From Cystobasidiomycetes sp. EMM_F5 (Eukaryota): a stretch of 64,000 nucleotides of DNA. Both the position numbers and the translations under genes were made by a program. Location: contig JBPGPT010000002.1 in assembly GCA_051047955.1 (NCBI GenBank), positions 1,116,001 to 1,180,000 on the forward strand, read 5' to 3'. Position 1 is the stretch's first letter. Each line of letters opens with the position of its first letter. Shown here in pieces: positions 24,413 to 36,666 of the stretch. Under the pieces are notes generated by a model. That model ran no database searches. It was not told where the DNA came from and saw only the letters and a program-made list of their open reading frames with translations.

Positions 24413-25190
24413 TCACCGCGCGGTGAGCACACCTGCAAGAACGGATGTAAAGACGCAGATGCTGATGGACGCAATGATAGGCAGCGTTCGGAAGGTGTTG
24501 AAGCCTGCCGAGTCGTTGCCTCCGTCATCGCCGCCATTGCAGTCTGTGCATGCACCTGCAGTCGAGGATGCCGATGCAGAAGCAGAAGCCTCACCCTCGC
24601 CCTCGTCAGAGTCCCAATCACTCCATTTGTCTGAAGTAGTAGCTGGAGGAGGTGCAGCTCCACCTCCGGTATTGCCACCCTCGGCTGTGGTGGTGACTGT
24701 CGGGCGATTCGTCCTCGTTTCCGAAATTGTGGACGTAAGCGTGCTCTGTCCTCCGCCTACATCAGAACCAGCACCACCCGGAGCGGGTCCGCCCCCTCCG
24801 CCGCCACCTCCAGTAGTCGTCGTCGCTGCGGGATGGGTTGCTGTGGCAGTCCTCGTTACTGTCTCGGTCAGCGGAGCCCCTTGTTCATCAATCGTCACCG
24901 TCACGTATACGATGACGGGTTGTCCACGAGGCTCGCAGTCCGGATCGGCTCTTTCGTCTAGATCTCCGTAGTCATCATCCAAGCCGCGCTCGTACCAGTC
25001 GCCTGGCGGGCCATCACTGTCAAGCAATCCGGCATGCCTGGCTTGCAATTCGTCTTTGGGGTCGCTGGCTGTCGCTAGTCCTTGCAGGAGCAGTGGTGCA
25101 AAGAGATATAGGGTCGATCTAGAACAGACAACGCTGACGCGTCAGCAACAAAGCAACGTTGGCGAATGGGTCATGGACTTACTTGCGCAT
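24413..25190 (-). CDS. Secreted/GPI-anchored-like Thr/Gly-rich cell-surface protein
   Basis: ATG CGC AA|GTAAGT intron gives signal peptide MRKSTLYLFAPLLLQGLATA; T/G-rich body; hydrophobic C-terminus (LPIIASISICVFTSVLAGVLTAR). Confidence 0.75.
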
Positions 25191-25483
25191 GTCAATTGGT
25201 ACGCATATGTTGGTCTGTGGGTGAAGTATATATATGGTGCAGTCAGTTGGGAGTGGACCCCAAATCAGCGCAGGGTCCAGAGTACGTGGTCTGGGCGGTG
25301 TTGTCAGTATTATTGCGTATGCGATGCTCAGGGAAAGGGGAGTGGCAAGGAAACATCTTACTTGCCGGACTGCTCCCGAGCACCACGAGTGTCACCGATA
25401 TTGCAGCACGGCGCTGAATCGCGTCAAAATGCATTGCTAGACACTTGGACCGCCTGCTGAGTGACACCATATTGGGTACCAAC

Positions 25484-27460
25484 TTAGAATCCCCCTCTCT
25501 GACTTCTGAGGAAATCTTCCAAATTGATGCCACCACCTCCTCCAAACGGACTACCCCCAAAGCTTGATGCGAAGGGATGATGGTGACTATGGAAGCCGCC
25601 GCCAAATCCAGACTGCATCTCTTCGTCATCTTCGCCCAGGTCGTATCGTTGACGCTTGCGCGGGTCCGACAAAACACTATAAGCCTCCGACACTTCCTTG
25701 AACATTTCTTCTGTGCCACCTTTATCTGGGTGGTGGAGCAAACTTTGTTTCCGATAGGCCTTCTTGATCTCGACTTCAGTCGCCGTCCGATGCACGCAAA
25801 GTGTCTTGTAATGGTCTTTTGTCTTTGATCGCTTGAGCGCAACTTCTGCTTGACGGTGTTCAGTCTTCATCGCTCGTTCTTCGGATGTGCCTGACGGTGC
25901 TTCCTCGTATGCCGCTGCAAAATCCGCAACGGCTGATTCGTAGCTCTCGGTTGCAAAGTGAGCTCTCGCTCGAGTTCTCAATCTGTTCGAGGAAGTGAGA
26001 CAAACTTGCAGTCAGTCATGATGGTTGAACAAGGATACTGCCAGCTTACGCTTTAAAGTGCTTCGACTGTGCTGATAGGATTTCATCACAGTCCTTGATT
26101 GCAGCATCATGTTGACCGAGCTACAAGCCTACATGAGAACCGGGTCATGATGGCTTTGTGCATGACTTTGACATACCTTCTGATGAGCAGTAGCTCGGTT
26201 AGATAGAAGTGTAACCCGTATTGACTCTTCCTCCGCTTCAAGCATGTCTATACATTCTGTATATTTGTCGATAGCTTCTCCATGCTGACCACGCTTGAAG
26301 AGGTCATTCCCGGCTTCCTTTGTGGTATCTAATAAGCGAGCTCGTTTCAACAACGTCCTGGTCAGAAACAGTCAGTCAGAAGGAATCGCTTGACAAAGCG
26401 ACAGGAAGAATAGCGTACTTGGCGGCCGAATGATCTGGATCGTTCCTCAAAGCTTGTTGAGCGTGGGCTATCGCTTGTCCTGTATTGCCTTGATTGAAAA
26501 ACACCAGCCCGCGTACCCATAGCACATCGGGATCTGAGGTATTGGCGCGTAAGAGATCGCTGGCCAGTGATGCTGCATCGTCGACCCTTCTCTTGCCAAG
26601 ATATGCTTCCACACGCATGATGCGCCAAGGCAGCGGCGGCGTATCGACCTCTCGTTCCAAAGAGTCCAAACCGTACAAGACGTATGTCCATTCCCGCTTT
26701 GACTTTTCTCGTCCAACGTTGCTCAAGTCTCCCCTGATCTTCGCTACTCGAGCCCGATCTGCCAGCGCTTGACTGTTTGCGGGTTCTTGCGCTAGAACCT
26801 CCGCAAGTGTTCGGTCTGCAGTATCTACTTGCCCGAGAGCTATTTGACACCTCGCCAAACGGTTCAGCGTCTTGACCTGCGGATTTGATGACTGGAGGTT
26901 TGCTGCATTCTGGCAGTCTTGTAATGCGTGCTTGTATCGCTTGAGCGCCACTGCAAAAATACGGTGTTTGGGAACGAGTGGCCGCAGATTGATTATGATG
27001 AGCACCTACTGTATGCGGCAGCGCGGTTGTTATAGTACGCAGCTTCGTCAGCGTCAAGGTCGATGGCCTCAGAGTATGCAGCCACGGCGGCCTACGAACA
27101 GGGTTTGACATTGTCAGCAGTACTCCAATCGCAAACGTAGTCACCCACATGATAGTCTTTCGCTTTGAACTTTTCATTCCCTGCTGCTTTCGCTTTTTCT
27201 GCACGCTGGCTGGGCGTTAGTCCGCCGTCCAAATTTATGCCGTCAAAATCTGGAACGCTGGTGCTGCTTGACCTGTCCCAAAGTCAGCCGGCCTGAACTG
27301 GAAACTCGTAGTAATCCCCAGCTCACTCTGCGTGGTCACTGCCATTGGTTCCGTTGGCCTGGCCTGCTCCTGCTGAGTCCTGCCCATGGTCCGAGGCGTC
27401 ACCGTTGGTCGCATTATTTTCGCTGGCTCGCTTCTTTGCTGCCGACTTCTTCTTTGCCAT
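25484..27460 (-). CDS. DNAJC7: TPR-repeat J-domain co-chaperone (DNAJC7/Tpr2-like)
   Basis: TPR helices ([39 protein letters not shown]) and a C-terminal J domain KDHYKTL...[18 protein letters not shown]...[14 protein letters not shown] with a G/F tail. Confidence 0.92.
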
Positions 27461-29140
27461 TCTGCGGCGGTAGAACTCTGACTGATCCAGCTTGGGTGTA
27501 GCTTGTCAAGAACTATTGCGCCCGTTGTCTGCGTGCTTGCTGCTGTTCTGTCCGGTTTCAGATGTTCAAGTAGGAACGGCGGCAACCGTGCAAACATCGG
27601 ACAAACAGCCAGACGCAGCTGAAGAAGGCCATGACAGCTGACGAGCTGATATTATGTATGCTTACAGCTGACTGAGACTGCAAAGCTCTCGAGACTTGAG
27701 TTTTCTCATCACGAAAGACGCGCGTAAAGCACTGGTCCAAACAGCATTCTGTTTCCAAGAGAGGGCATAGCTCTTCTTCACGGGCCTGTATAGAGTGCTC
27801 TAGGCGAGAACGTCCATCATGATGACCAATTCAAACGTCGACACTGGCAGTCGCGTACATTGTTTTTCAGTTTACTCCGTTCGGACTTGGTCTGTCTTCA
27901 GCTGCTTTCGAACAGCCAGCACGTACATCAGCAGTGCAGCCGTAAGCACAATGTGTACCTTCTAGCGAATACTGACTTTGCTGCTGGCCAAACACGCGCA
28001 AATCCAGCGTAATCGCATTGAATACGTTTCTTTTGCAACTTGTACAACAAACGCGTCCGGAACTGAGGGATACGTCTGCGATGTCACTGCTGTTGCTGAC
28101 CACAAGATCTCAGTGTGATCTTCCGAATAGTGTGGACCCGGCTGTCTGATATTGCGGGTGAAGCCACGCGGCGTTTCCGATGAGGGACTAAAAAGCAATC
28201 GATGCGATATTGCACGCGTAGACGTCGCATTATAGGTGAAGCCGCCAGTTCACGCATGCGGGGCAACGGCGCTGTGACCGGTAGGACGGCCGGCGAAAGC
28301 TTTCGTTCTTTCATCATCCTCGTCGGTATCCCTTTACGCGTCTTTCCGATATCCGTGGAGTCTGCAGAAAGCGGACGACAAGTAGCTTTCGCACTGCTGG
28401 TCAGAAGCATCGGAGTGCAACATCGTCACTGGTCGAGCTGAGCGTAGCCATCTGCGAAAAAGCGCCAATCCGCTGCGTTCGTCTCAACCACCTTGTCAAT
28501 TGCAAGGTCAGTTGATACTAGAAATTGCGAGCGGAATGCAAGCATACGCCAATGAGGGACATACTGCTCCATTACAGACGCTAATCTTCTCAAGCTCAGA
28601 TCTAGGATCCCCTGCCCAATTTTCTGGTAGTGTCCGAGGGTCATCACTTTCGTCGAGACCGTTACTCCCGCGCCAGCCGGGCCGCCAACTTGGCCACTAG
28701 AGCATTTTCATAGGGCACAGCGAGGCGACACAGTGCAATACGACCATTCAGAGCTGCTACAACACCCACTGTCTCCTCACAATGGCAGACGTGCAATAGC
28801 CTGCATCTTTCTGTGAAGAAAGTGGCCATCGCGTCAATCACGTGCGTTCAGCGAATTCCTGCTGCTTCCTCCGACCACAATTTGGGGAGCAAGTCGCTTC
28901 GTTGTTGTTTGTGTACGGTACTGATGATGTTTTCAATAGGTGCGAACGTCCTCAATCCGACGTAGTCAGCTACGGCTCTATCATCCGTCCCCTTCAACCA
29001 AAATCTTTGGCTCCGATTTGTGGGGAATCTTTCCAGCCAAAACCGACGACCAGCTCTACCTAGCGGGAAGGCACATCATTCTGTCACCTTAGCCTCCGGT
29101 TTCGCTAGGCTACCCTCTCTATACGTAGAGAGGACAGAAT

Positions 29141-30676
29141 ATGTCAGCCCCGTCGCATGAGCTCGCAAATTGGCTCCCGCCTTCCGCGTGGGGACAAACT
29201 TCGACTTCCTCATCTGCAAACTTCTCATCCAATAACACATCTTCCAAGTTTCAAACATTAGATCATCTCGATCTAACTCCAACCCGCCTGGAATTATGTC
29301 GCGATCCTACGAATGTCCAAGCGTGGCTAGCCCGAGCATCACCCGACAATACAAGCAGGGCTGCCCGCGCCAATGCTCGGCACAAGGCTACAACCACGTC
29401 GAGCGCTTCCCTCAGCACGCAGCAAACACAGATTTCCGCGAGCGCGCCAGCCTACTCGCCGCCAACGGCTGACGACAGTCATGAAATTGTACAGCGCCCA
29501 TTCGCCAGCTCACGCACGACGTCCAGCTCATCTATCCCTTCGTACTATACGAGCTCGGCCAACTCGCCGGCAGACGACGACAGCGTTACAGAATCTACCT
29601 CTACGACTTATACCTCCTCCCGCACGAGCGCAAAGAAGAATGTTCGCCTTGGTGTAGTCGAGAAGAGACAGATGTGCGAAGAGTATGTGCATACCCGAGT
29701 TCGGCAAAAGGATCTCAGTATCAAGTACGGTGTGGAGCGCTCCACGGTCAGCAAAATATTGAAGGAAAAGGAGGCTTGGTTGGTGACACCTTCGTCTGCT
29801 GGTGCTGCAAATGTCTCGACCAGCCGACAATCAACCCCACAAATCTCGCCAGTCTCTCCGCCGCGGAAGCTCTGTCGCGGTCGATATCCCTTGGTGGAAG
29901 AGCTACTGATCCGCTGGGGTCGTACGTACGAGGGGAAATTCACCGACGATCTCGTTCGTGGGCAAGCACGAACGATCGCACAGTCGCTCGGTGTTGAGTA
30001 TAGTACCTTCAAAGCTAGTTCGGGCTGGCTTGAAAATTTCAAGGCGCGCACCGGATATCGAAGCAGTAAATTCGGTCGCATAGCTTCCATGCCGGCAAAC
30101 ACTCCAAAATCGAGCCAGACCACCACAGATGGCTTCGTAAGCCCCGGCGCGTCGACCTCCGCTAGCGCTCAACAGCCGTTGAATACGTCATCTGCGTGGG
30201 CAGCCTCCTTCGCTATGCAGCCCAATGTTGATTCCCAAGTATCGATGAACGAAGCAGATGCCGTAAATCAATCTTCATCTGGACCAGCTCCGGCAATAAT
30301 CGCGCCTCGTCCAATGCAAGTCATCAAATTAGAGCAGATGCCTTCCTTCCTGATGGAAGCTCCACCGATGATCTCGCCGGCGCTTTCCTTTGGCTCCTCC
30401 TCGGAATACTCTTACAATTCTTTTGGGCAGGCTCCATCCAGTCTCCATACGCCATACTCCGTATATCCCGGCAGCCACATGCCAACTATGACCACTTCGG
30501 ATCTGAACAACACGCCTATTCAAGCCGACTTCACGAATTGTTACAATTACGCCCCCTTTTCGGAAACTTTGATGATGCCGGTACCGTCAGCTCCAATGTA
30601 CCTTACTTCGAGCAATGGTCAACAACAGCCATACACGTCAAATGAATTCTTATCACAAATACCATACAATTTTTGA
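29141..30676 (+). CDS. CENP-B/pogo-type DNA-binding protein (psq-type HTH + Tc5 HTH) with no DDE domain; intronless
   Basis: RLGVVEKRQMC...RQKDLSIKYGVERSTVSKILKEKEAW (HTH1) and RYPLVEELLIRW...TDDLVRGQARTIA...FKASSGWLENFKAR (HTH2), followed by a low-complexity S/P/M-rich tail. Confidence 0.88.
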   Translation: MSAPSHELANWLPPSAWGQTSTSSSANFSSNNTSSKFQTLDHLDLTPTRLELCRDPTNVQAWLARASPDNTSRAARANARHKATTTSSASLSTQQTQISASAPAYSPPTADDSHEIVQRPFASSRTTSSSSIPSYYTSSANSPADDDSVTESTSTTYTSSRTSAKKNVRLGVVEKRQMCEEYVHTRVRQKDLSIKYGVERSTVSKILKEKEAWLVTPSSAGAANVSTSRQSTPQISPVSPPRKLCRGRYPLVEELLIRWGRTYEGKFTDDLVRGQARTIAQSLGVEYSTFKASSGWLENFKARTGYRSSKFGRIASMPANTPKSSQTTTDGFVSPGASTSASAQQPLNTSSAWAASFAMQPNVDSQVSMNEADAVNQSSSGPAPAIIAPRPMQVIKLEQMPSFLMEAPPMISPALSFGSSSEYSYNSFGQAPSSLHTPYSVYPGSHMPTMTTSDLNNTPIQADFTNCYNYAPFSETLMMPVPSAPMYLTSSNGQQQPYTSNEFLSQIPYNF

Positions 30677-31116
30677 ACCAGCAGTCTTGGGCTGCAATTC
30701 GCCTTTCTTGCTTATCTTCGAGCAACGCCTCGACTGTCACATGCAGCCGCAAGCGGCTTCCTCTTTCTGGTGCAGTGGAGGAGATTCTCACGATCTCTGT
30801 CGGTATATCGTTTGGAAGACCAGCCGTAATTGAGAAAGCCGTGAACGAAGCTGTTCATTGAGTGCCATCAGTCTGGTGTACTGAGGTCATATATGCTTGC
30901 GGGAAGATTATATTTGCGATTGTTGGTGCATGCGGCAGCCAAGTCTCATCTAGTCTAACAAAGCTTCTCAAGTCTTCATCAGGGATGCACGCATTATAGA
31001 GAGCAAACGCAAATACCGTTTGCTAATCGTCTGTAGAGGTTATGGCATCGGTATGCTACATGTGTATCGTTTAGTAGCCAAAATGCAACTCAATCTGTTT
31101 TTGCGGAAACTCGGCC

Positions 31117-32914
31117 TTAATCGTCCTGTATCTCGAAAAAGTTTGTTAATTTCTCGTTGCCTTGCCCGTCGACTTCCGCCTTGTCGGGCTTGACGGGTGA
31201 CGAACTGCCCTTCCGCTTCTTGCGCGGTTGCACCTTTGTCTTATTTTCGCCCGCGACCTTTCGCATGCTTGGGCGAGATCTAGTTTCGTGAGCAGGACTG
31301 TCACCCTCCTTGGGGTCATCCTCGCTATCATCCAGTACAATTGGCTCCTTGCGTTTACCCTTCCCTTTCGCTTTCGCGCTCGACGTGACAGGTTGGACCA
31401 CTTTCCCCTCTGTGTCGCTTTTGGGGAATGACGCGTCGAGGCTTTCTACCTTATCACCCTCATCCGGGTTCAGAGGCAATTCTTCGCCTGTCTCTTCCCC
31501 GTCCACCTTTGTTGCTGGCACACCTGTCTTAATTTTGGTTTTGCCAGAAGAAGCCGGCTTTGAAGGGCTGTATTTGGAATCTAAGGTGGATTCGACTGCT
31601 TCGTGCCGCGAAGGCTTATCTTCGTCTCCATGTTCAGCTTTGTGTGCATTTTTCTCCGCCTGCTTGGCAAACATGCTTGATATGTTACCCTTCCGTTCGG
31701 CCACCGGCTTGTACATCATATAGAAGATTAGCATGTTGATAGCTAAGAGAAATCTCAATTGTTACGCTGTGAACTCACTTTAAGAAAGTCTGAGCTCTGC
31801 TGTCCGACTTTGCCGACCTCCTTTGGAACGATATAGCATTCAAGCTCGCCCTCGTACGGCTTTAGTAGCTTCGATAGATCTTGCGTCCAATTGCCCGAAG
31901 TGGTATCTAGCCAGGTCTCGATGTCGCTGACCGAATCGAGAATGACGGGCATACGGTCATGGAGCTAGCAACAGTCAAGTTTAGCCATCCTCGCCGCATA
32001 TAGTGCAATGACACTCACAAATGCCAATTGTTTGTTGCTATTCGTAGTAATGATGGTGTAGGTGTACAGCGGATCCTTCTCCCCTTCGAAACTGCTATGA
32101 GCGTTTAGTGTCTGTATAACACGTATGTAAAGACCTCCTTGCTCACATCACATCGTCCCACATCCCCGCAAAGCACATGAGTTTCCCGTCCTTGCGTTTG
32201 ACATGATGTGGAATCCGGTCGTTGCCCTTTTTGAGCCATTCGTAGAAACTACGATAAGCTGAAGTGTCAGCGTGATAGTGTCTAAGTAAGGCTCGGCGTG
32301 GTACGGCGCACCCTTCTGCCACTACAATACACCTCTTGCGACCACGCACGCTTTTCCACATCGATCCACCCTCTCTGTCGATTGAAAGAGCAGATCATCA
32401 GCATGAATCCCATCGTATCGACGAGGTGATATACGCACTGGATAGTATCATCCCTTGCATTGATCGTCTTGAGCATCGAAGAATGATCCGGCAAGCGTTT
32501 CATCCAATGCGGAACTAGACCCCACTGCATGTTCTGGATGCGCAGTGGAGATAATTTCGACGGCGAAGGCGTAGTCGCTGCGTTGTTGCTGCTGTCGTAG
32601 TTGTCTGATACTCCGCCGCCACCTCGCAAGACTACGGGATTGTATGTACGCGGAGGGATATTGTACCCTCGTTCGGGTCCATTGTAATCGTCTTCATCCT
32701 AGTAAACACTTTATAAACGTAAAGATCACCCTAGTCTTTGTGCAACTTACCTCCCAGGCTCCAACATGTCGATCCAGCTGCTCCTCGACGCGAGCTCTGA
32801 CTTCGGGACCCGGCAGACGGAGGGCATATCTGAGAGGCAGTCAGGGAGCGAGCATCAGATTAATGCCGTGTTATTAGGGCCAGTCAGGCAATGTTGTGGT
32901 CACCTCCCGCACAT
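31117..32914 (-). CDS. HMCES: Abasic-site processing protein, SRAP/HMCES family
   Basis: N-terminal MCGR (catalytic Cys2), MQWGLVPHW, TINARDDT, RCIVVAEG|FYEWLKKG, FAGMWD, YTYTIITT and HDRMPVIL; basic tail ending in PIP-like KLTNFF. Confidence 0.94.
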
Positions 32915-33105
32915 GTTTTCGGATGGTCGGCTAAAGAGCTAAGCTAATGATTGCCAGAAGTTTATATAAACGCTGCAAGTACTGCTACAAGCAACATGAA
33001 GACTTGCCTGGCCTGAAGCGAGCTGGAATCCTGACTGCAACTTCCCCTCAAACTACCGCCTTTGCCCCATGCACTATGACGGGGATCCTTCATTGACGTC
33101 GACCG

Positions 33106-33512
33106 TCACCTTCCTTTGGCCTTCTGATCCGCCGGCATAGCTTCCCCACGCTGCGCTACTTCCTTCATCATGGACGACAGCTTGCCCTTTTGCGCAGCTT
33201 TGGCAGCGGCTAGGCTCTCAAAGTGATCTCCGTGGGCACCTGAACCAGATTTCTGCACACGGCGGAGTGAGCGGGAAGCTGCGTAAACCAAGCGAAACGA
33301 TTGCTACCTTTTTGATTTCCGCGTGCACTGCTGCAGCCTTCTTGGGCGGTATAGCTCGGCCTGCGTTGATCTCTATCATCAGCCAATTTTGACCAGCTTC
33401 GAGATTGGATTGTCTGCTGCTCACCGCCCTTTTTGGTCAAGCCTTTGCCCTTGTTTTGGCTGGCAGATGACCGGGCCTTCTTTTCGAGCTTGTTCTTGAA
33501 TCCCTGCGCCAT
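33106..33512 (-). CDS. Small basic UPF0390/DUF2462 (C19orf53-like) protein
   Basis: MAQGFKNKLEKK...KKG|GRAIPPKKAAAV...LAAAKAAQKGKL; the MAQG start and the KKGxRxIxPKK motif are typical of the family; 3 exons. Confidence 0.72.
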
Positions 33513-33807
33513 AGTAGCTGGCAGCTTCAAGTTGGCAGCTGCGAGACCCGTCGATGCTGCCATTGCCCGGAGTGGTCATGAAATCATCTGAAACATTTCA
33601 AAGCTCTGTAAGGCAGTCTTATGACATGCCAGCAGAATGAAAGCATACCTAAACAACGCTGTAATGCCTTGATAACTATCGCTTACAAGGTTACTTGACT
33701 TATCGATTGGCTGTATTTCAGCTACGATTGCGCGTCACTGCGACGACTTTGGTTGCGTTTTGACGATACAGACCAATATCCAGGCTTACTCTTAAACAGC
33801 TTTCGAC

Positions 33808-35513
33808 ATGGTCCGTAGGCTGCAGTCGTGCAGGGTCGCCTGGGTCTCGCAGGGATTGCCGCTGACAATGACTGTTCGCAGGGCCAAGGTGCATCAAACA
33901 TGCGACCCGGCGCTGGGGGACCACCGGGTGGTGCGGGAGGAGGCAAGGACAAGAAGAAGGACCCGCCCAAGAAGTTTGAACCGCCAGTACCTACGCGCGT
34001 AGGCAGAAAGAAGCGCAAGGGTCCAAATACTGCCCAGAAACTGCCAGTCGTGTATCCAAACGCGAGATGCAGGCTCAAGCTGCTCAAGCAGGAAAGAATC
34101 AAGGACTATCTGCTTCTCGAGGAGGAATTTATTCAGAATCAGCAGCGGTTGACGCCTCAGGCCTCGGAGGATAAGAATCAAGCAGAACGGAATCAGGTAG
34201 ACGACCTTAGGGGCAGTCCAATGCAGGTCGGAACGCTCGAAGAGATTATCGATGACGATCACGCTATCGTGTCGTCGACGACCGGCTCAGACAGCTACGT
34301 TACCATTCTCAGCATGTGAGCAGCCAGTTGGTTGCTTAATGGGATGGTGCCTGAGAATCCATCACCTTTACAGTGTGGACAAGGACATGCTAGAGCCAGG
34401 CTGCTCTGTATTGTTACATCACAAGACCTCCGCTGTCATTGGTGTGCTATCCGACGATACAGACTCATCCGTTAACGTGTGAGCATTTTCAGCAACCTAT
34501 ATACGCAAGCACTCCTGACATGCCCTCTCTTACTCAGCATGAAGCTCGACAAGGCGCCTACAGAAAGCTATGCTGACATCGGCGGGCTTGAACAGCAGAT
34601 TCAAGAGATTAAAGTATGTGACTTTGTCTTATCGGAGGAAGACCATGTTCTGATAGTACACCCGCAGGAATCCGTTGAACTACCCTTGACACACCCCGAG
34701 TTGTACGAAGAGATGGGTATCAAGCCTCCAAAGGGTGTCATTCTTTATGGCGTACCGGGAACCGGCAAGACTTTACTCGCCAAAGCCGTCGCCAACCAGA
34801 CATCCGCAACATTCTTACGTATCGTCGGAAGCGAGCTTATTCAGAAGTACCTCGGTGATGGACCAAAGCTCGTCCGTGAACTGTTTAGGATGGCAGAAGA
34901 GCATGCGCCGAGTATCGTCTTCATTGACGAGATTGACGCGGTCGGCACAAAGCGGTACGACTCGAATTCTGGAGGAGAGCGAGAGATCCAGAGAACCATG
35001 CTTGAGTTGCTCAATCAGCTCGATGGCTTTGATTCAAGAGGAGACGTCAAAGTCATCATGGCTACGAATCGGATCGACTCGCTCGACCCCGCCCTGATCC
35101 GACCAGGCAGAATAGACAGAAAGATCGAATTTCGTAAGTCACAAAACGACATTTTACTCTTGTCAGAGCTGACTGTCGAGTTGTTCCATAGCCCTGCCCG
35201 ATATCAAGACCAAACGCTACATCTTCAAGATTCATACATCGAGAATGAGTTTGGCGGAAGACGTAGACTTGGAAGAGTACGTCATGGCCAAAGACGAGCT
35301 GTCTGGTGCAGACATCAAGGCCGTGTGCACGGAAGCCGGACTGCTCGCCCTCAGAGAACGGCGGATGCGCGTAAACAAGCAAGACTTTACGGCCGCGAGG
35401 GAGAAGGTCCTCTACAGGAAGAACGAGTGAGCATTTACTTGTTCAGGTGATGATGTGTGCATCGCTGAACATCTCTGTCACTCAGGGGTGCCCCGCAAGG
35501 CTTGTACTTGTAG
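33808..35513 (+). CDS. RPT2: 26S proteasome regulatory ATPase subunit 4
   Basis: ATG-only first exon, then GQGASNM...; [36 protein letters not shown], Walker A GVPGTGKT, Walker [38 protein letters not shown] and C-terminal HbYX GLYL*. Confidence 0.98.
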
Positions 35514-35683
35514 CCATAGATACGAAACTGCCCAATGCTACGATTCTGATGTCTGCTCTGCACGTCTGTTATGTGAATGTCATGTCGACACTCCTATTCT
35601 CTCGTTGAAGGGACGACATTGACGTAAAATGCGGCCAACTGACAACACCTCCCCTTTCCCCCCTTCCTCTGATGTTGAACATT

Positions 35684-36060
35684 TCATTCCTCCTTGCTCT
35701 CCACCAGCATCACGATTGGCTGAATTGGTGACCATACAGCAAAGGCACACGTCTGTACCCACACGGGCATTCTCGCCATGTTGCCACCTTTGATAGCGGC
35801 CGCGCAGCCCAGTACCACAATAATGGGGAAGATGGTAGTGATGTACACCATCATGACGATATAGCAGGCCAGAATGATGACTCTTTGGCGCCACTGCGCT
35901 GCATATCGGTGTGAGGGAAGTGCTGGCTTTGCTGACTTTTCGTGCAATTTATGGGATAGTGCTGATTGTATTGATCTCAGCTGATAGATGTATAACCATC
36001 GCAGGTTGTGTGCATACCAGTCGGTGATTGCAGGATCTGCAAGTCTGGTACTCCGGCCAT
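35684..36060 (-). CDS. Small hypothetical membrane protein (~106 aa, 2 exons)
   Basis: ATG at 36060 (MAGVPDLQILQSPT); intron GTATGC...ATCAG joins in frame to LSHKLHEK...VIILACYIVMMVYITTIFPIIVVLGCAAAI (TM segment). Confidence 0.55.
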
Positions 36061-36666
36061 TTTCGACGGACCGTTTGCAGATGTACAGTTATTTGAGAAG
36101 AAAAGCAAGACGTGCGCCTACTAAAACCAACGCAGCTACTACAGCCACAAGGGTATTCTAAGTCAACCACGTACATTGGGCGCTACAAGGGTTATCTTTT
36201 GTTTGGCTGATTGACGGACAAACACCGCGGTGGTACCCAAGCTATGCCGTCATCGCCAAAAACGTAAAATAGCCAATTGGCAGCGGTTGTATTGGTCTGT
36301 AAAGTGTCGATAGCGTGTGTTGACAGTGTGGAGACTCCAAAGTTGACATCGACGTCAAAGTCTGGCTGTACCTGTACCTGAATACCATAGTAGCCGACTT
36401 TACGTGGACGCTTCTGATACAGCGCTACATTGCTTCAGTACAAACACAGACACACTGACTATGCACTGCCCGATGTATTCGAGTGCTCCGGATTCGTACA
36501 CCGAGCACTGTGCCCGGTGCAATAATAGGGTCACGTGTGCTTTCCCCCCGTCTCCACGTCGGCGCGAGATCCGGCACGGAGTTTGGCAATGTGTTTTGCG
36601 ACTCTCCAGGATTGCGCGGTGGGCGCTGCTTGACTTATTGTTATCTGACACAACGACATCTACAAT

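Noticed and set aside
24336..24971. 211-aa + strand ORF and other long antisense ORFs (e.g. 21624-22226, 17037-17618, 52709-53461, 37996-38586)
   Set aside because: They are antisense shadows of real genes on the opposite strand and have no independent motifs.
27819..27975. Box C (ATGATGA) to box D (CTGA) snoRNA candidate
   Set aside because: The CTGA is part of an intron branch-point motif, and no terminal stem or recognisable rRNA guide was evident.
29141..30676. Active pogo/Tc1-mariner transposon
   Set aside because: No DDE catalytic domain, terminal inverted repeats or target-site duplication could be identified.
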